From the IMG/VR virus record IMGVR_UViG_3300050343_000268, positions 13,057 through 77,056 of that record: a stretch of DNA of 64,000 nt; one strand, written 5' to 3'. The notes beneath the pieces were generated by a model that searched no databases, had not been told where the DNA came from, and saw nothing but the letters and a program-made list of their open reading frames with translations. Positions 32,081 through 40,341 of the stretch are shown here, one piece after another. Source of the stretch: a virus. The position numbers were made by a program, and so were the translations under genes. The stretch's first letter is position 1. Each line of letters begins with the position of its first letter.

Positions 32081-32887
32081 ATGAAAGTCTCTCAATTGCT
32101 CTTAAGAGTTCGCGATGAACAAGACATTCGCGATTCAACATTTAAATGCTGGCTTAAAGCAGCTAAGCCTATAGCTGATGTTGAGGTCAACGACATCGAC
32201 AGGGCTACAGTTACTCGTTATTGGCAGTCTCAGCTCAAGCCAATCGGTCCCCTCTCTCCTGAGACACTGCGCCGCCGCCTAAGCCTGCTGACAGGCATCT
32301 GGAATATGGGAATAGAAGATGAATTTATTGATGTGCCTAACTACTGGAGTAAGGCAAGCAAGAAGATAAAACTAAAAACTGATTACAACCGCTTAGGTAA
32401 AGAGTATCTAGTCAGACCCTTTAGTTTCTACGGGAGGTATCAGGCAGATCCCATCTTCCTAGCCATCTGGTTTCATGGCTTCCGCATCGGTGAAATTGCA
32501 GGTCTGTTGCCAAACGAAATACGGTTCGACAATCAGATCCCATACTTCAGAATTAGAGATAATAGCCTTAGGAATATCAAGCCCGGTGCTCAGAGAGACC
32601 TGCCTATTCATCCTGAGTTCTATCCACATGTCAATCGTCTTAGAACTGACTACAGCCAAAACCCAGGCAAGAACTGGAGTCAGATGTTTAGCGAGCGATT
32701 GGAGCTACCAAAGGGTGAAGCAGCACACTCACTGCGTCACAACTTCATTACTCGCTGTAGGTCAGCAGAGCTGCAGGACTCGATGATCTCTAAGATCGTA
32801 GGCCACAAAATAAATGGAATGACAGCACGATACGGAACTTGGACTTTGGAGGATAAGTTAAAAGCAATTCGTCAAGTAAGGCAGTAG
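32081..32887 (+). CDS. int: Tyrosine recombinase/integrase
   Basis: HGFRIGEIAGL (R), IKPG (K), HSLRH, IVGH, TARY (Y). Confidence 0.92.
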   Translation: MKVSQLLLRVRDEQDIRDSTFKCWLKAAKPIADVEVNDIDRATVTRYWQSQLKPIGPLSPETLRRRLSLLTGIWNMGIEDEFIDVPNYWSKASKKIKLKTDYNRLGKEYLVRPFSFYGRYQADPIFLAIWFHGFRIGEIAGLLPNEIRFDNQIPYFRIRDNSLRNIKPGAQRDLPIHPEFYPHVNRLRTDYSQNPGKNWSQMFSERLELPKGEAAHSLRHNFITRCRSAELQDSMISKIVGHKINGMTARYGTWTLEDKLKAIRQVRQ

Positions 32888-32902
32888 TTCGATACTTAGT
32901 TG

Positions 32903-33010
32903 CTACGCTAACCACACTACTCTCTATAAACTGCATAAATAAATCCCTATAGGGAGGGGATTACGGAATAGGTTTATAGGATTAACCGTAGTTTAGTGTG
33001 GTTTGCGTGG
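32903..33010. repeat. ~107-bp palindromic element, copy A
   Basis: CTACGCTAACCACACTA ... TCCCTATAGGGA ... TAGTGTGGTTTGCGTGG; 22 bp (32914-32935) are the exact reverse complement of 60403-60424. Confidence 0.85.
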
Positions 33011-33041
33011 TATATAGAATAGAAGTAGTTGAAAACATATT

Positions 33042-33185
33042 ATGGCTATTCTTGAATCAGCAGTATTTTGGATCATCTTGGCGGCAGCTAGTGAAATCAT
33101 TGCTCTAAGTCCCCTGAAAGACAATTCAATCATTCAGCTTGTATTTCATACATTGAAATCACTTAAGCCCGGAAAAAAGATCTAA
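33042..33185 (+). CDS. Small membrane protein (holin-like, 47 aa); candidate -1 frameshift extension to 33430
   Basis: MAILESAVFWIILAAASEIIALSPLKDNSIIQLVFHTLKSLKPGKKI; ends GGA AAA AAG ATC TAA. Confidence 0.65.
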   Translation: MAILESAVFWIILAAASEIIALSPLKDNSIIQLVFHTLKSLKPGKKI

Positions 33186-33215
33186 ACATCCCTGACGATG
33201 GTCAGTGGATATTTA
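33173..33215 (+). promoter_or_regulatory. Candidate -1 programmed frameshift signal
   Basis: A_AAA_AAG at 33173-33179, then hairpin TAAA-C-ATCC-CTGAC-GATG-GTCAG-T-GGAT-A-TTTA. Confidence 0.7.
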
Positions 33216-33484
33216 CGTTTGACACTCTAGGTAATGCTGAACGCTTAAAGCGTCTAATACAAGCACGTAAGTTTTATGCAACGCTTCCTCACAAGCTAGA
33301 TGCTGCTGAGGAAAAATGGCTTGCGTCTCAACCAACAGACAAAACAGTAGAGTTTACAGAAATTACTGATGGAGAAACACCTTTAGGTGGAGAAATGCGT
33401 CTGTCATTAAAGACTAAAAACAAGGATTAGAAATAATGAATCAATGTGTAGTTAGACTTATTTTAGGTTGCTAACAACAACTAC

Positions 33485-33880
33485 ATGGGATACGCAGAAG
33501 ATTGGGGAGAACTTATGTTCAATCTCCAGTGCCTTTCAAAAGGCTCCGCCAAGCGACAGTTTAGAGAAGACATTCGTTACAGTTTTGGAGGACTATGTGC
33601 TTATTGCCGAATAAGAAGAGCTGACACTCTTGATCACTTGAAACCACGCTGCAAAGGTGGAAGTAATTTAAGGTCAAATTTAGTTCCTTGTTGCAGAGAA
33701 TGCAATCACTCCAAAGGAAGTGAATTATGGCTACCCTGGTATCAACGACAGCTTTTTTATAATGCTGTTGCACAAGAGCTTATTGAAGAATGGATTGCTA
33801 ACAAGCGTATTGACTTAGATGATTATGACGAACGAATTGACAATCGAACAGAGGTTTGCCTTACAGCGAGCACGATATGA
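33485..33880 (+). CDS. HNH endonuclease (Zn-binding type)
   Basis: CAYC..TLDHLKPRCKGG..NLVPCCRECNHSKG. Confidence 0.9.
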   Translation: MGYAEDWGELMFNLQCLSKGSAKRQFREDIRYSFGGLCAYCRIRRADTLDHLKPRCKGGSNLRSNLVPCCRECNHSKGSELWLPWYQRQLFYNAVAQELIEEWIANKRIDLDDYDERIDNRTEVCLTASTI

Positions 33881-34151
33881 AGTGGCTCGAATGAGTAGAG
33901 GTGCACTAGAGAAAACCGCTGTACGGTTGCTCAAGTCACGCATGGAACAGAAGAATGGAGTTCAAGAGTTGCTAATGGGCAATGGAATCCTATTTAAGGT
34001 GCAAGAGCTTCAACAAGGTATGCCTGAAATTATTTCTGAAGATACTTTCATCGAGCTATTAAAAATGCAAGATGATATATTACCTGCTGACATCATGGAT
34101 GAGGGTTGGGAGATTGATGATATTGATGATGACGGTCTCACTATGATGTGA
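33825..34151 (+). CDS. nblA: NblA-like phycobilisome degradation protein with acidic C-terminal extension
   Basis: ELTIEQRFALQRARYEVARMSRGALEKTAVRLLKSRMEQKN matches the NblA pattern L(S/T)xEQxF..MSRE. Confidence 0.7.
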   Translation: MTNELTIEQRFALQRARYEVARMSRGALEKTAVRLLKSRMEQKNGVQELLMGNGILFKVQELQQGMPEIISEDTFIELLKMQDDILPADIMDEGWEIDDIDDDGLTMM

Positions 34152-34185
34152 TTTATATTAGACTAATTTTAGTTTAGATATAAAT

Positions 34186-34413
34186 ATGGAATACATAATC
34201 ATTGGGCCTATCTTGGCACTTCTTGTGAGCATGAAGTTTACAGATTATAAATCCAAAGAAGCGGAAGCTAGACTCACCACTTTGGAAAATAAAATTGAAA
34301 TTGTAACAAGTGTCTTAGAGCAGTCTGAAGCTGATGCACCTAAGAAAACCATGATGATTGTCGCTCCTGTCGCTAAGGCAGTAAAAGACCTTCAGTCAGC
34401 TATTGGTGTTTGA
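34186..34413 (+). CDS. Small membrane-anchored coiled-coil protein
   Basis: N-terminal hydrophobic helix YIIIGPILALLVSM. Confidence 0.6.
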   Translation: MEYIIIGPILALLVSMKFTDYKSKEAEARLTTLENKIEIVTSVLEQSEADAPKKTMMIVAPVAKAVKDLQSAIGV

Positions 34414-34586
34414 TGCACTTAACTCAAATCTTTAAGCATTACAGAGAGCCTCATCAGATAGCTGCAATCAATATGCTTGAGGAAGCTTTACCTGTTGAAT
34501 TGTTAGAAAGACATGCAGACTGGATAACCTGCTTCTTTGCAGAACCTGAGCCAAAAGAACCACTTATAATAGTAGAAAAGCTGTGA
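34413..34586 (+). CDS. Stand-alone homologue of the lysin N-terminal domain (57 aa)
   Basis: MHLTQIFKHYREPHQIAAINMLEEAL..DWITCF aligns with FENFFKYYKSEPQQKAGVQVLYEQM..AWVKTY. Confidence 0.55.
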   Translation: MHLTQIFKHYREPHQIAAINMLEEALPVELLERHADWITCFFAEPEPKEPLIIVEKL

Positions 34587-34593
34587 AATCATA

Positions 34594-34902
34594 GTGTCTG
34601 CTTTTAGGAATGCACCTATCGACCAACGTCGATTAAATATGAGAGACAGAAGTGACCTGCGTTCTGGTGGCGGCAAAGCTAATGAGGAAAAAGCGCAAAG
34701 TTATTTACGTGCTTACAAAGGTCAAATGGACTACGAAGGTAAACGTCAAGAACGTACAACAACGCAGACACCAGGAACTGGCGGTATGACGCAGGGATTG
34801 AGTATTCAGCAGGACAGACAGCGACAGATCGGTGACGAGAAACGAAGGGCTAAAGAATTACGGCCAGAGATGGAAGATAACATCTACGACATTTACGATT
34901 AA
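34594..34902 (+). CDS. Hypothetical protein
   Basis: 102 aa, TATAAT at 34565. Confidence 0.55.
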   Translation: MSAFRNAPIDQRRLNMRDRSDLRSGGGKANEEKAQSYLRAYKGQMDYEGKRQERTTTQTPGTGGMTQGLSIQQDRQRQIGDEKRRAKELRPEMEDNIYDIYD

Positions 34903-35699
34903 TAACCAATAAGCTTTTTATAGCTGGCAGGTGATTGCCATCCAAAATCATCACCGGCCCAATAACGGCCATCTCTGCCACGTTCACCAACGATGTACAG
35001 ACCTCCGTTATTTAACTCAGCTTTTTGAGACAGATCTTGCAACCGTTGATCTCTTTGCCGGATCATTGAATCAACGTTTTGTGCTGCTTTAATACGCCGA
35101 TCGTTATGAGGAACGCTAGGCCGGAAGAAGTCTTTACGGAAGTGAGTGGCAGCTTGAGGCAAGCTCATGCCATCTGTTTCGCCACTTAATGCGCCAGTAA
35201 ACCCTGAGAGACTTGCCCCTGGAGCAGGGTCATATTTACCTGCATATTCAGCTGCTGCATAAGGCATTTGAAACCCTGCCATGTCGTTAGGATCACCGCC
35301 ATCTTTAATGTATTCAAGACGGGCTTGATCGTAAGGATCACGTCGAGCATGAGTGTACTGAGCTACGCCTCGACCTTCACCTGCATTTACTTCAACAACG
35401 TCAGTGTTACTCAGTGTTGGATCACCGGTTTCAACAATATAATTACCAGTCAATGCAGAGGCAGATGATGTGGACATTGGCATAATGGTCCCATCGGACA
35501 GCTCATTCATCTTGTATGTCGTAAATCCATCATGTAGTATTTCAACATCTGGTGGAATGTTAGGACGACTTACGTTACTTACAGGTACGGCTTTTTGAGC
35601 CATAGGTGTTGGTGGTTCAGGCAGGACTTGCCTCACAGCGTCACTGACTTTCCCATAAATGCCTCCGGCAAACCGGTTAAGACTGCCAAGTATATCCAT
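34899..35699 (-). CDS. Phage tail lysozyme-like protein
   Basis: GNYIVETG, GRGVAQYT..RR, AATHFRKDFFRP..RRIKAA. Confidence 0.6.
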   Translation of the reverse strand: MDILGSLNRFAGGIYGKVSDAVRQVLPEPPTPMAQKAVPVSNVSRPNIPPDVEILHDGFTTYKMNELSDGTIMPMSTSSASALTGNYIVETGDPTLSNTDVVEVNAGEGRGVAQYTHARRDPYDQARLEYIKDGGDPNDMAGFQMPYAAAEYAGKYDPAPGASLSGFTGALSGETDGMSLPQAATHFRKDFFRPSVPHNDRRIKAAQNVDSMIRQRDQRLQDLSQKAELNNGGLYIVGERGRDGRYWAGDDFGWQSPASYKKLIGY

Positions 35700-35755
35700 T
35701 TAACTGACATAAATACTACTTCTATTGTATGAAAAAAGTGAAAAAGGAGCCTGCG

Positions 35756-36064
35756 TTAGCAGGCGTCCATAGCATCAAGTAAATTTTGAGCTAAATATGT
35801 GCGGCGATATCCGAAATGTGGAAGCATTAAAAGAAGAAAGTTTTTAACTTTAGCTTTAGTGCCTAATCTCCAATCCCATATGGGTTTGTGATGAGGAGCA
35901 GTAAGTGGACGACGTTTAATTGTTCCGCCAAACATTTCTTCGAAACGTTCTAGGATATCTAAGTCTGTCATTTTTATATGAACAGAATAGTCGTGCTTAA
36001 GCGGACTAAATTTTCTTATATAGCCTTCACCTTCGAATAGGCCAGCAGCCCATTCGATTGACAT
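35756..36064 (-). CDS. Free-standing single-motif LAGLIDADG endonuclease
   Basis: WAAGLFEGEG, MTDLDILERF..FGG. Confidence 0.85.
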   Translation of the reverse strand: MSIEWAAGLFEGEGYIRKFSPLKHDYSVHIKMTDLDILERFEEMFGGTIKRRPLTAPHHKPIWDWRLGTKAKVKNFLLLMLPHFGYRRTYLAQNLLDAMDAC

Positions 36065-36127
36065 TCATAAAGTACATTGGACTTTATAAGTATAAATAGA
36101 AAGCCCCTTAAATGTGGGGCTTAAATA

Positions 36128-36310
36128 CTATTTAGTGTATGTACGCCCACGGTATACAAAGGTGCCGTGAGTCTCTGCTGGTTCGTGGTGGATTGAATAA
36201 CGAGTGCCGCGATAAACAGTATCGTTAATTTTGGCAAGCTCAAGCTCTTTACGAGCACGCGCCATTTTCTTGCGAGCAGATTCAATGCTCATGATTTGAA
36301 TGTTAGACAT
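36128..36310 (-). CDS. DUF4278-like small protein
   Basis: Twin YRG motifs VYRGTRY / VYRGRTY; downstream of a glutamine riboswitch. Confidence 0.7.
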   Translation of the reverse strand: MSNIQIMSIESARKKMARARKELELAKINDTVYRGTRYSIHHEPAETHGTFVYRGRTYTK

Positions 36311-36338
36311 TGGAAACTCCTAATGAGGGGAAATTTCC

Positions 36339-36395
36339 CGTTCCTTCAGCACTTAACTTGCTTACTTGCGTCTCAACAATATGTTGAGATGAACG
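36339..36395 (-). ncRNA. Glutamine riboswitch (glnA RNA motif)
   Basis: P1 CGTTC/GAACG, P2 TCTCAACA/TGTTGAGA, junction CGCAAGTA, P3 AGCA/TGCT, GAAG; E-loop AGUA/GAA; TACACT box just upstream. Confidence 0.85.
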
Positions 36396-36420
36396 TATTA
36401 CTAGTGTAGCAATTGATCGA

Positions 36421-36675
36421 TTAGCCTGGGAAATCTCTAGGCCTTTCTTCAATTACATCTTTACCACCCGCTTTGCGAGCAGTTGCTTGAAACGAGGCTC
36501 GTTTATACCTATTAGCAAAAACATCAGGTAGCCAATAGGTTTCTAGCCAGTTTATTTCAGGGCATAGTTCAAAATGTTTCTCAACTGAATGGTTGAAGAT
36601 TCCAATTTGAATATACCCATCATGAGTTATACAGCGATCCTTTACTCTGTATATATACAGTGATTTGTTGGTCAT
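36421..36675 (-). CDS. Hypothetical protein
   Basis: 84 aa ORF in operon context. Confidence 0.55.
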   Translation of the reverse strand: MTNKSLYIYRVKDRCITHDGYIQIGIFNHSVEKHFELCPEINWLETYWLPDVFANRYKRASFQATARKAGGKDVIEERPRDFPG

Positions 36676-36677
36676 TC

Positions 36678-36863
36678 TTACTTTGTGGGTCTATTGAAAT
36701 CGAATTCAAATACACATCCTTGCAGTGCTGGTTTAATACCCAGCAAGCATTCTTGATCAAGTTCTCCTTGTCCGGCCCACTTATCTAAAGTAAAGACCAC
36801 AGCAGAATGAAGCGCTCGTACTGAACGCTCATTCATTGTAAATGTAATTTCAGTCTCTTCCAT
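36678..36863 (-). CDS. Hypothetical protein
   Basis: MEETEITFTMNERSVRALH..., ATG 13 nt after the polymerase stop. Confidence 0.5.
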   Translation of the reverse strand: MEETEITFTMNERSVRALHSAVVFTLDKWAGQGELDQECLLGIKPALQGCVFEFDFNRPTK

Positions 36864-36876
36864 AGACTTAATTATA

Positions 36877-38187
36877 TCAATGTGTATCTTGCCAACTTGC
36901 TCCAGTATCAGCAGCTGCTGTAATCGGCACACGGAACTTGTAATACTGTCCAGCGATAGGAGCAGCTTTAACAAGTAGTTCTGCTACATGATCAGCTTCA
37001 GTTGGTACAACAGAGAGTTGAACTTCATCGTGTACGTAGGCGCAACGGGTGTAGTCACGGTTGTAGGTAAGCCCTGCTTGGTTAAGCAAGTCTTGCCCAA
37101 CTACCACCCAACGCTTGCTGAGTATGGCTCCACATGACTGGAGTAAATAGTTGAGTGACGCATGCTCTGCGCGACAGAAAATAGGGCGGCCATCGAGGCC
37201 CCTAAGACGACCGGTATCACGGACTTTTTGTTTAACAGCATCGATAAGTGGCTCCAAACCAGGAATGGCGTCAAGGAATTTGCGTCGCAGCTCTTGACCT
37301 AGCTGCTTCTTCTGTGGGTCGGACAGCTCAGGGCTGAGGCTGTGCCCCATCTTCACGTCACCAGCGCCATAGATAAACGCATAGGTGAGCGTCTTGACTT
37401 CCTTACGTGTGCAACCCACACGGTCTGCGTTCTGCTGATGAATATCACCGTTAAGGACAACGTCAGCAAAGGCCCCCTCATCAAAGACAGATAGGTAGTG
37501 CCCCAACGCCCGAAGTTCCAGGCCTTCCAAGTCAGCCCCGACCATGACGTGGCCAGGGTGCGGAATAAACAGCTGCCGCGCCCACGGTGCAGATACAACT
37601 TGGCCCAGGTTGGGACCACGGTGTGCGTTCCTCCCGGTCTGCGTAGCGAGGCTGCAGCTGTGATGGATGCAGTTGTCATGCTCAATAGTGTTGAACCAGG
37701 AGTTAGCACCTTCAGACAGCTGCCCTAGCCACTTCTGCAGATGTGAATAGACGTATGAACATCTCGCACTCTTCATGCAGCAGTTCGTTCTTTTGCTGCA
37801 GTGCAAGGTCACGGATCTCAGCTAGGCAAGCTTCATCAACCTTGAGGCTTACCGCTAGGTCGGTGAGCCGTGTAAAGCGAGCACCACGGAAGGTGCTGTA
37901 GCGCCCATGACAATGTTCAGTCTGCTAGTGGGATTGAAATCAAGCAGCTTAGTGAAAGGTGCACCAGCTACATAGCCCTTTAGCTTTGTTCTGTCTCTTA
38001 GGCGTAAAGACTTTGCCTGGCACATAAGGGAAGCGCTTAAGATAATTGCTGCTTCTAGGTCCTGCATCTCAGCAGAGAGTTCGTTGCGTACACGTTCTGC
38101 AGCTTGTACATCAAAGCGGAAGCCTGATGCTTCTTGCTGAGACATGATCTCAGCCATACGCATTTCAAGATGTACACAATCAAGCAT
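36877..38187 (-). CDS. Family A (T7-like) DNA polymerase, polymerase domain only; indels at 37750-38040
   Basis: TQTGRNAHRGPNLGQV, motif A ADLEGLELR, motif B RKEVKTLTYAFIYGAG, motif C YVHDE. Confidence 0.92.
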
Positions 38188-38419
38188 TGTCAGGTTTCTC
38201 CTTATTGAATCCGAATTTTTCAGTCACTTCTTTTTCGCGTTCGTCTGCTCGCTTCTTCTGTGCAAGCTTCGCTACATTCTCCATGATCTTGAGAGAATCT
38301 TCAACTGTTGTTTCATCAGGCATAACAGCACGTACTACTGAAAAGAGTTCATAAAACTCTTTAGCAGCAACTTGCATCTCTTTTTTAGTTAATGGATCAG
38401 TTTTCTTAGGCATAATCAT
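38180..38419 (-). CDS. Small protein inserted between exonuclease and polymerase genes
   Basis: 79 aa helical ORF overlapping both neighbours by a few bases. Confidence 0.6.
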   Translation of the reverse strand: MIMPKKTDPLTKKEMQVAAKEFYELFSVVRAVMPDETTVEDSLKIMENVAKLAQKKRADEREKEVTEKFGFNKEKPDNA

Positions 38420-38934
38420 TCATCCTGCGGAGCATGAGCTCATATAGTTTTACGGTAACTTCTGTATCTTGAATACAGTAGTCAAGCATTTCTGGGGTGT
38501 AAACATCCCAAGCAGCTTCGTGCTTACCGAAGTCACCTTTGAAACACTTAAGGCGATAGCCCCATGCCTCTAGGCTATGACGGCCATAGAGCTTTTGTGG
38601 CATACCGATTGGCCGACGTTCGTGATCACGGTCAGCAATGTGTGGATAGAACAGACTGACTAAGAACAAGAGTGTCGATGACTTGACCTTGATAGTCAAA
38701 GTCGTATGTCTCTTTAATTAGAGGAATGTCATAGCCAATAATATTGTGTCCAATAAGTACATCAGCTTGGCGTAGGCTTTCAATGCCATCATCAAGATCT
38801 AAGCGCGGAGCATCCCACACAAGTGGCTTGTCAGATTGACTTAAGTCACGTGCAACAATGCAATGAATTTTAGAACCACGACGCAAGAGGCCAGTAGATT
38901 CAAGGTCAAATAGAAGTGCTGTTGTTGTTTTCAT
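38406..38934 (-). CDS. 3'-5' exonuclease domain of the split DNA polymerase (indel near 38660)
   Basis: ExoI FDLES, ExoII GHNIIGYD, IDTLVLS, HSLEAWG, ExoIII YCIQD; own stop codon. Confidence 0.88.
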
Positions 38935-39493
38935 TGATTTGTTCGTCATATTGTGAAGCATCGAAACTGCTTGATTCTGTCGGGCTATGCGTGTAGAGAT
39001 CTTTGTCTTGGAATTGTTGTTCCCTGTCATCGAATCTAGGAGCTTGATTGTTGTTTTCAAAGCGTTCGTCTGCATCGTCAAATAGTGGTTCAATGGATAT
39101 AAAAAGTTCTCGTGCTAATCGTGCTGCACGTCTAAATTCGTCCTTGTAATAAGGCTCCCATTCGTGAGCTAGGACGATAATTTTGCGAATGCCCATCAGA
39201 TAAAGCTGAAAGACGGACGCAGAGAATGGGTATCGTGTCGAGTAAATAACTGCACCAGTGATAGGTGTGCCACGTTTACAGGCAGTGGCAATAGCATATG
39301 TAATGCAATCCAGCTCTACTTTGCAGTCAGCCAGAATACTTCTACCATCACCGCAAATCTCTCGATCACGGATAATTACACATCCACCAGGAGCAATAGG
39401 GTGAGTACTGCCAGTAGATACTTGCTTGGCAAGATCCATAAAGTATTTATCCTTGTTTTTGATAAAGGTTGGGTCTGACTTTGGTGCAGGCAT
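38906..39493 (-). CDS. dCMP-deaminase-fold protein lacking catalytic residues
   Basis: YFMDLAKQVS..GCVIIRD; HAE replaced by DCI and PCxxC by PFSAS. Confidence 0.75.
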   Translation of the reverse strand: MPAPKSDPTFIKNKDKYFMDLAKQVSTGSTHPIAPGGCVIIRDREICGDGRSILADCKVELDCITYAIATACKRGTPITGAVIYSTRYPFSASVFQLYLMGIRKIIVLAHEWEPYYKDEFRRAARLARELFISIEPLFDDADERFENNNQAPRFDDREQQFQDKDLYTHSPTESSSFDASQYDEQINENNNSTSI

Positions 39494-39543
39494 ATCTCAC
39501 ATATTGAGTCGGTTGTTTCTATATTAGATAAGTGAACTAATAA

Positions 39544-39897
39544 ATGAGACATATGGATTACGGCAAGTTCAAAAAAGAATATGACGAATTTGAGGAATAT
39601 AATATGAATCGCATGCCATATGAATCAATTAACAAAAAATCCTTGGCCTGGCTTGATGTTCGTAATAATTATGGCAAGCAAGATATGGTCAACAGTCCAG
39701 CTCATTACACACGAGGCAGTCAGGAAGTCATTGACATTATTGAGCAAGCTATCACTGATGCACCTGGTAATACAGAAGGATATCTACAAGGCCAAGCGTT
39801 GAAATATCTGTTGCGTGTATGGCTTAAGGACAACCCTAAGCAAGACTGTGAGAAAGCGGTCTGGTATTTAAATCGACTTATCGATAAACTCGACTAA
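39544..39897 (+). CDS. DUF3310 (T7 gp1.7-like) protein
   Basis: DMVNSPAHY..EVIDII..GYLQGQALKY..QDCEKAVWYL. Confidence 0.85.
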   Translation: MRHMDYGKFKKEYDEFEEYNMNRMPYESINKKSLAWLDVRNNYGKQDMVNSPAHYTRGSQEVIDIIEQAITDAPGNTEGYLQGQALKYLLRVWLKDNPKQDCEKAVWYLNRLIDKLD

Positions 39898-39903
39898 CAA
39901 ATG

Positions 39904-39919
39904 GCCGGCGTTAGCCGGC
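39904..39919. repeat. CCGG-N6-CCGG hairpin, copy 1
   Basis: GCCGGC-GTTA-GCCGGC. Confidence 0.85.
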
Positions 39920-40341
39920 TAACATCGTTGAAAGTAAAGGTCACCGTCTGCATGTGAGAGAGATTCAAACTCTTGAATATGGGGGCGGATTTTTTCTAAC
40001 AAGGTTTTAGTGTCTATAGAGGCGTGTTTGAAAGTACAGGCATAGCCTTGAGAGAATGGTATGTGCTGATGAATTGGTATGTACCACATTAAAGGAATAA
40101 GGCAGTCCCAAGGCTCAAGACCCTGTGATGCCCAACAATTAAGCTCTTCTAACCGAGCTGCCGTCTTAATAATATGAGCTTCATGTGCTTCAGATTCAGG
40201 TATAAATAATTCATTATATGGAGAAACGATAGCATGCCTCCACATTATGGTTCCATCTCTATGTATTAAACGACAGGGATGAACTTGGTTACCAGAAGGT
40301 AAGTTATAAAGAGACGCTGGCGAAAGATGCTTAACCATCAA
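39919..40341 (-). CDS. Peptidase M15-like protein lacking Zn ligands
   Basis: IPES..IIKTAARLEEL..LMWYIP..FSQGYACTF resembles M15 SWYR..SxHxxGxAAD. Confidence 0.5.
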   Translation of the reverse strand: MMVKHLSPASLYNLPSGNQVHPCRLIHRDGTIMWRHAIVSPYNELFIPESEAHEAHIIKTAARLEELNCWASQGLEPWDCLIPLMWYIPIHQHIPFSQGYACTFKHASIDTKTLLEKIRPHIQEFESLSHADGDLYFQRC

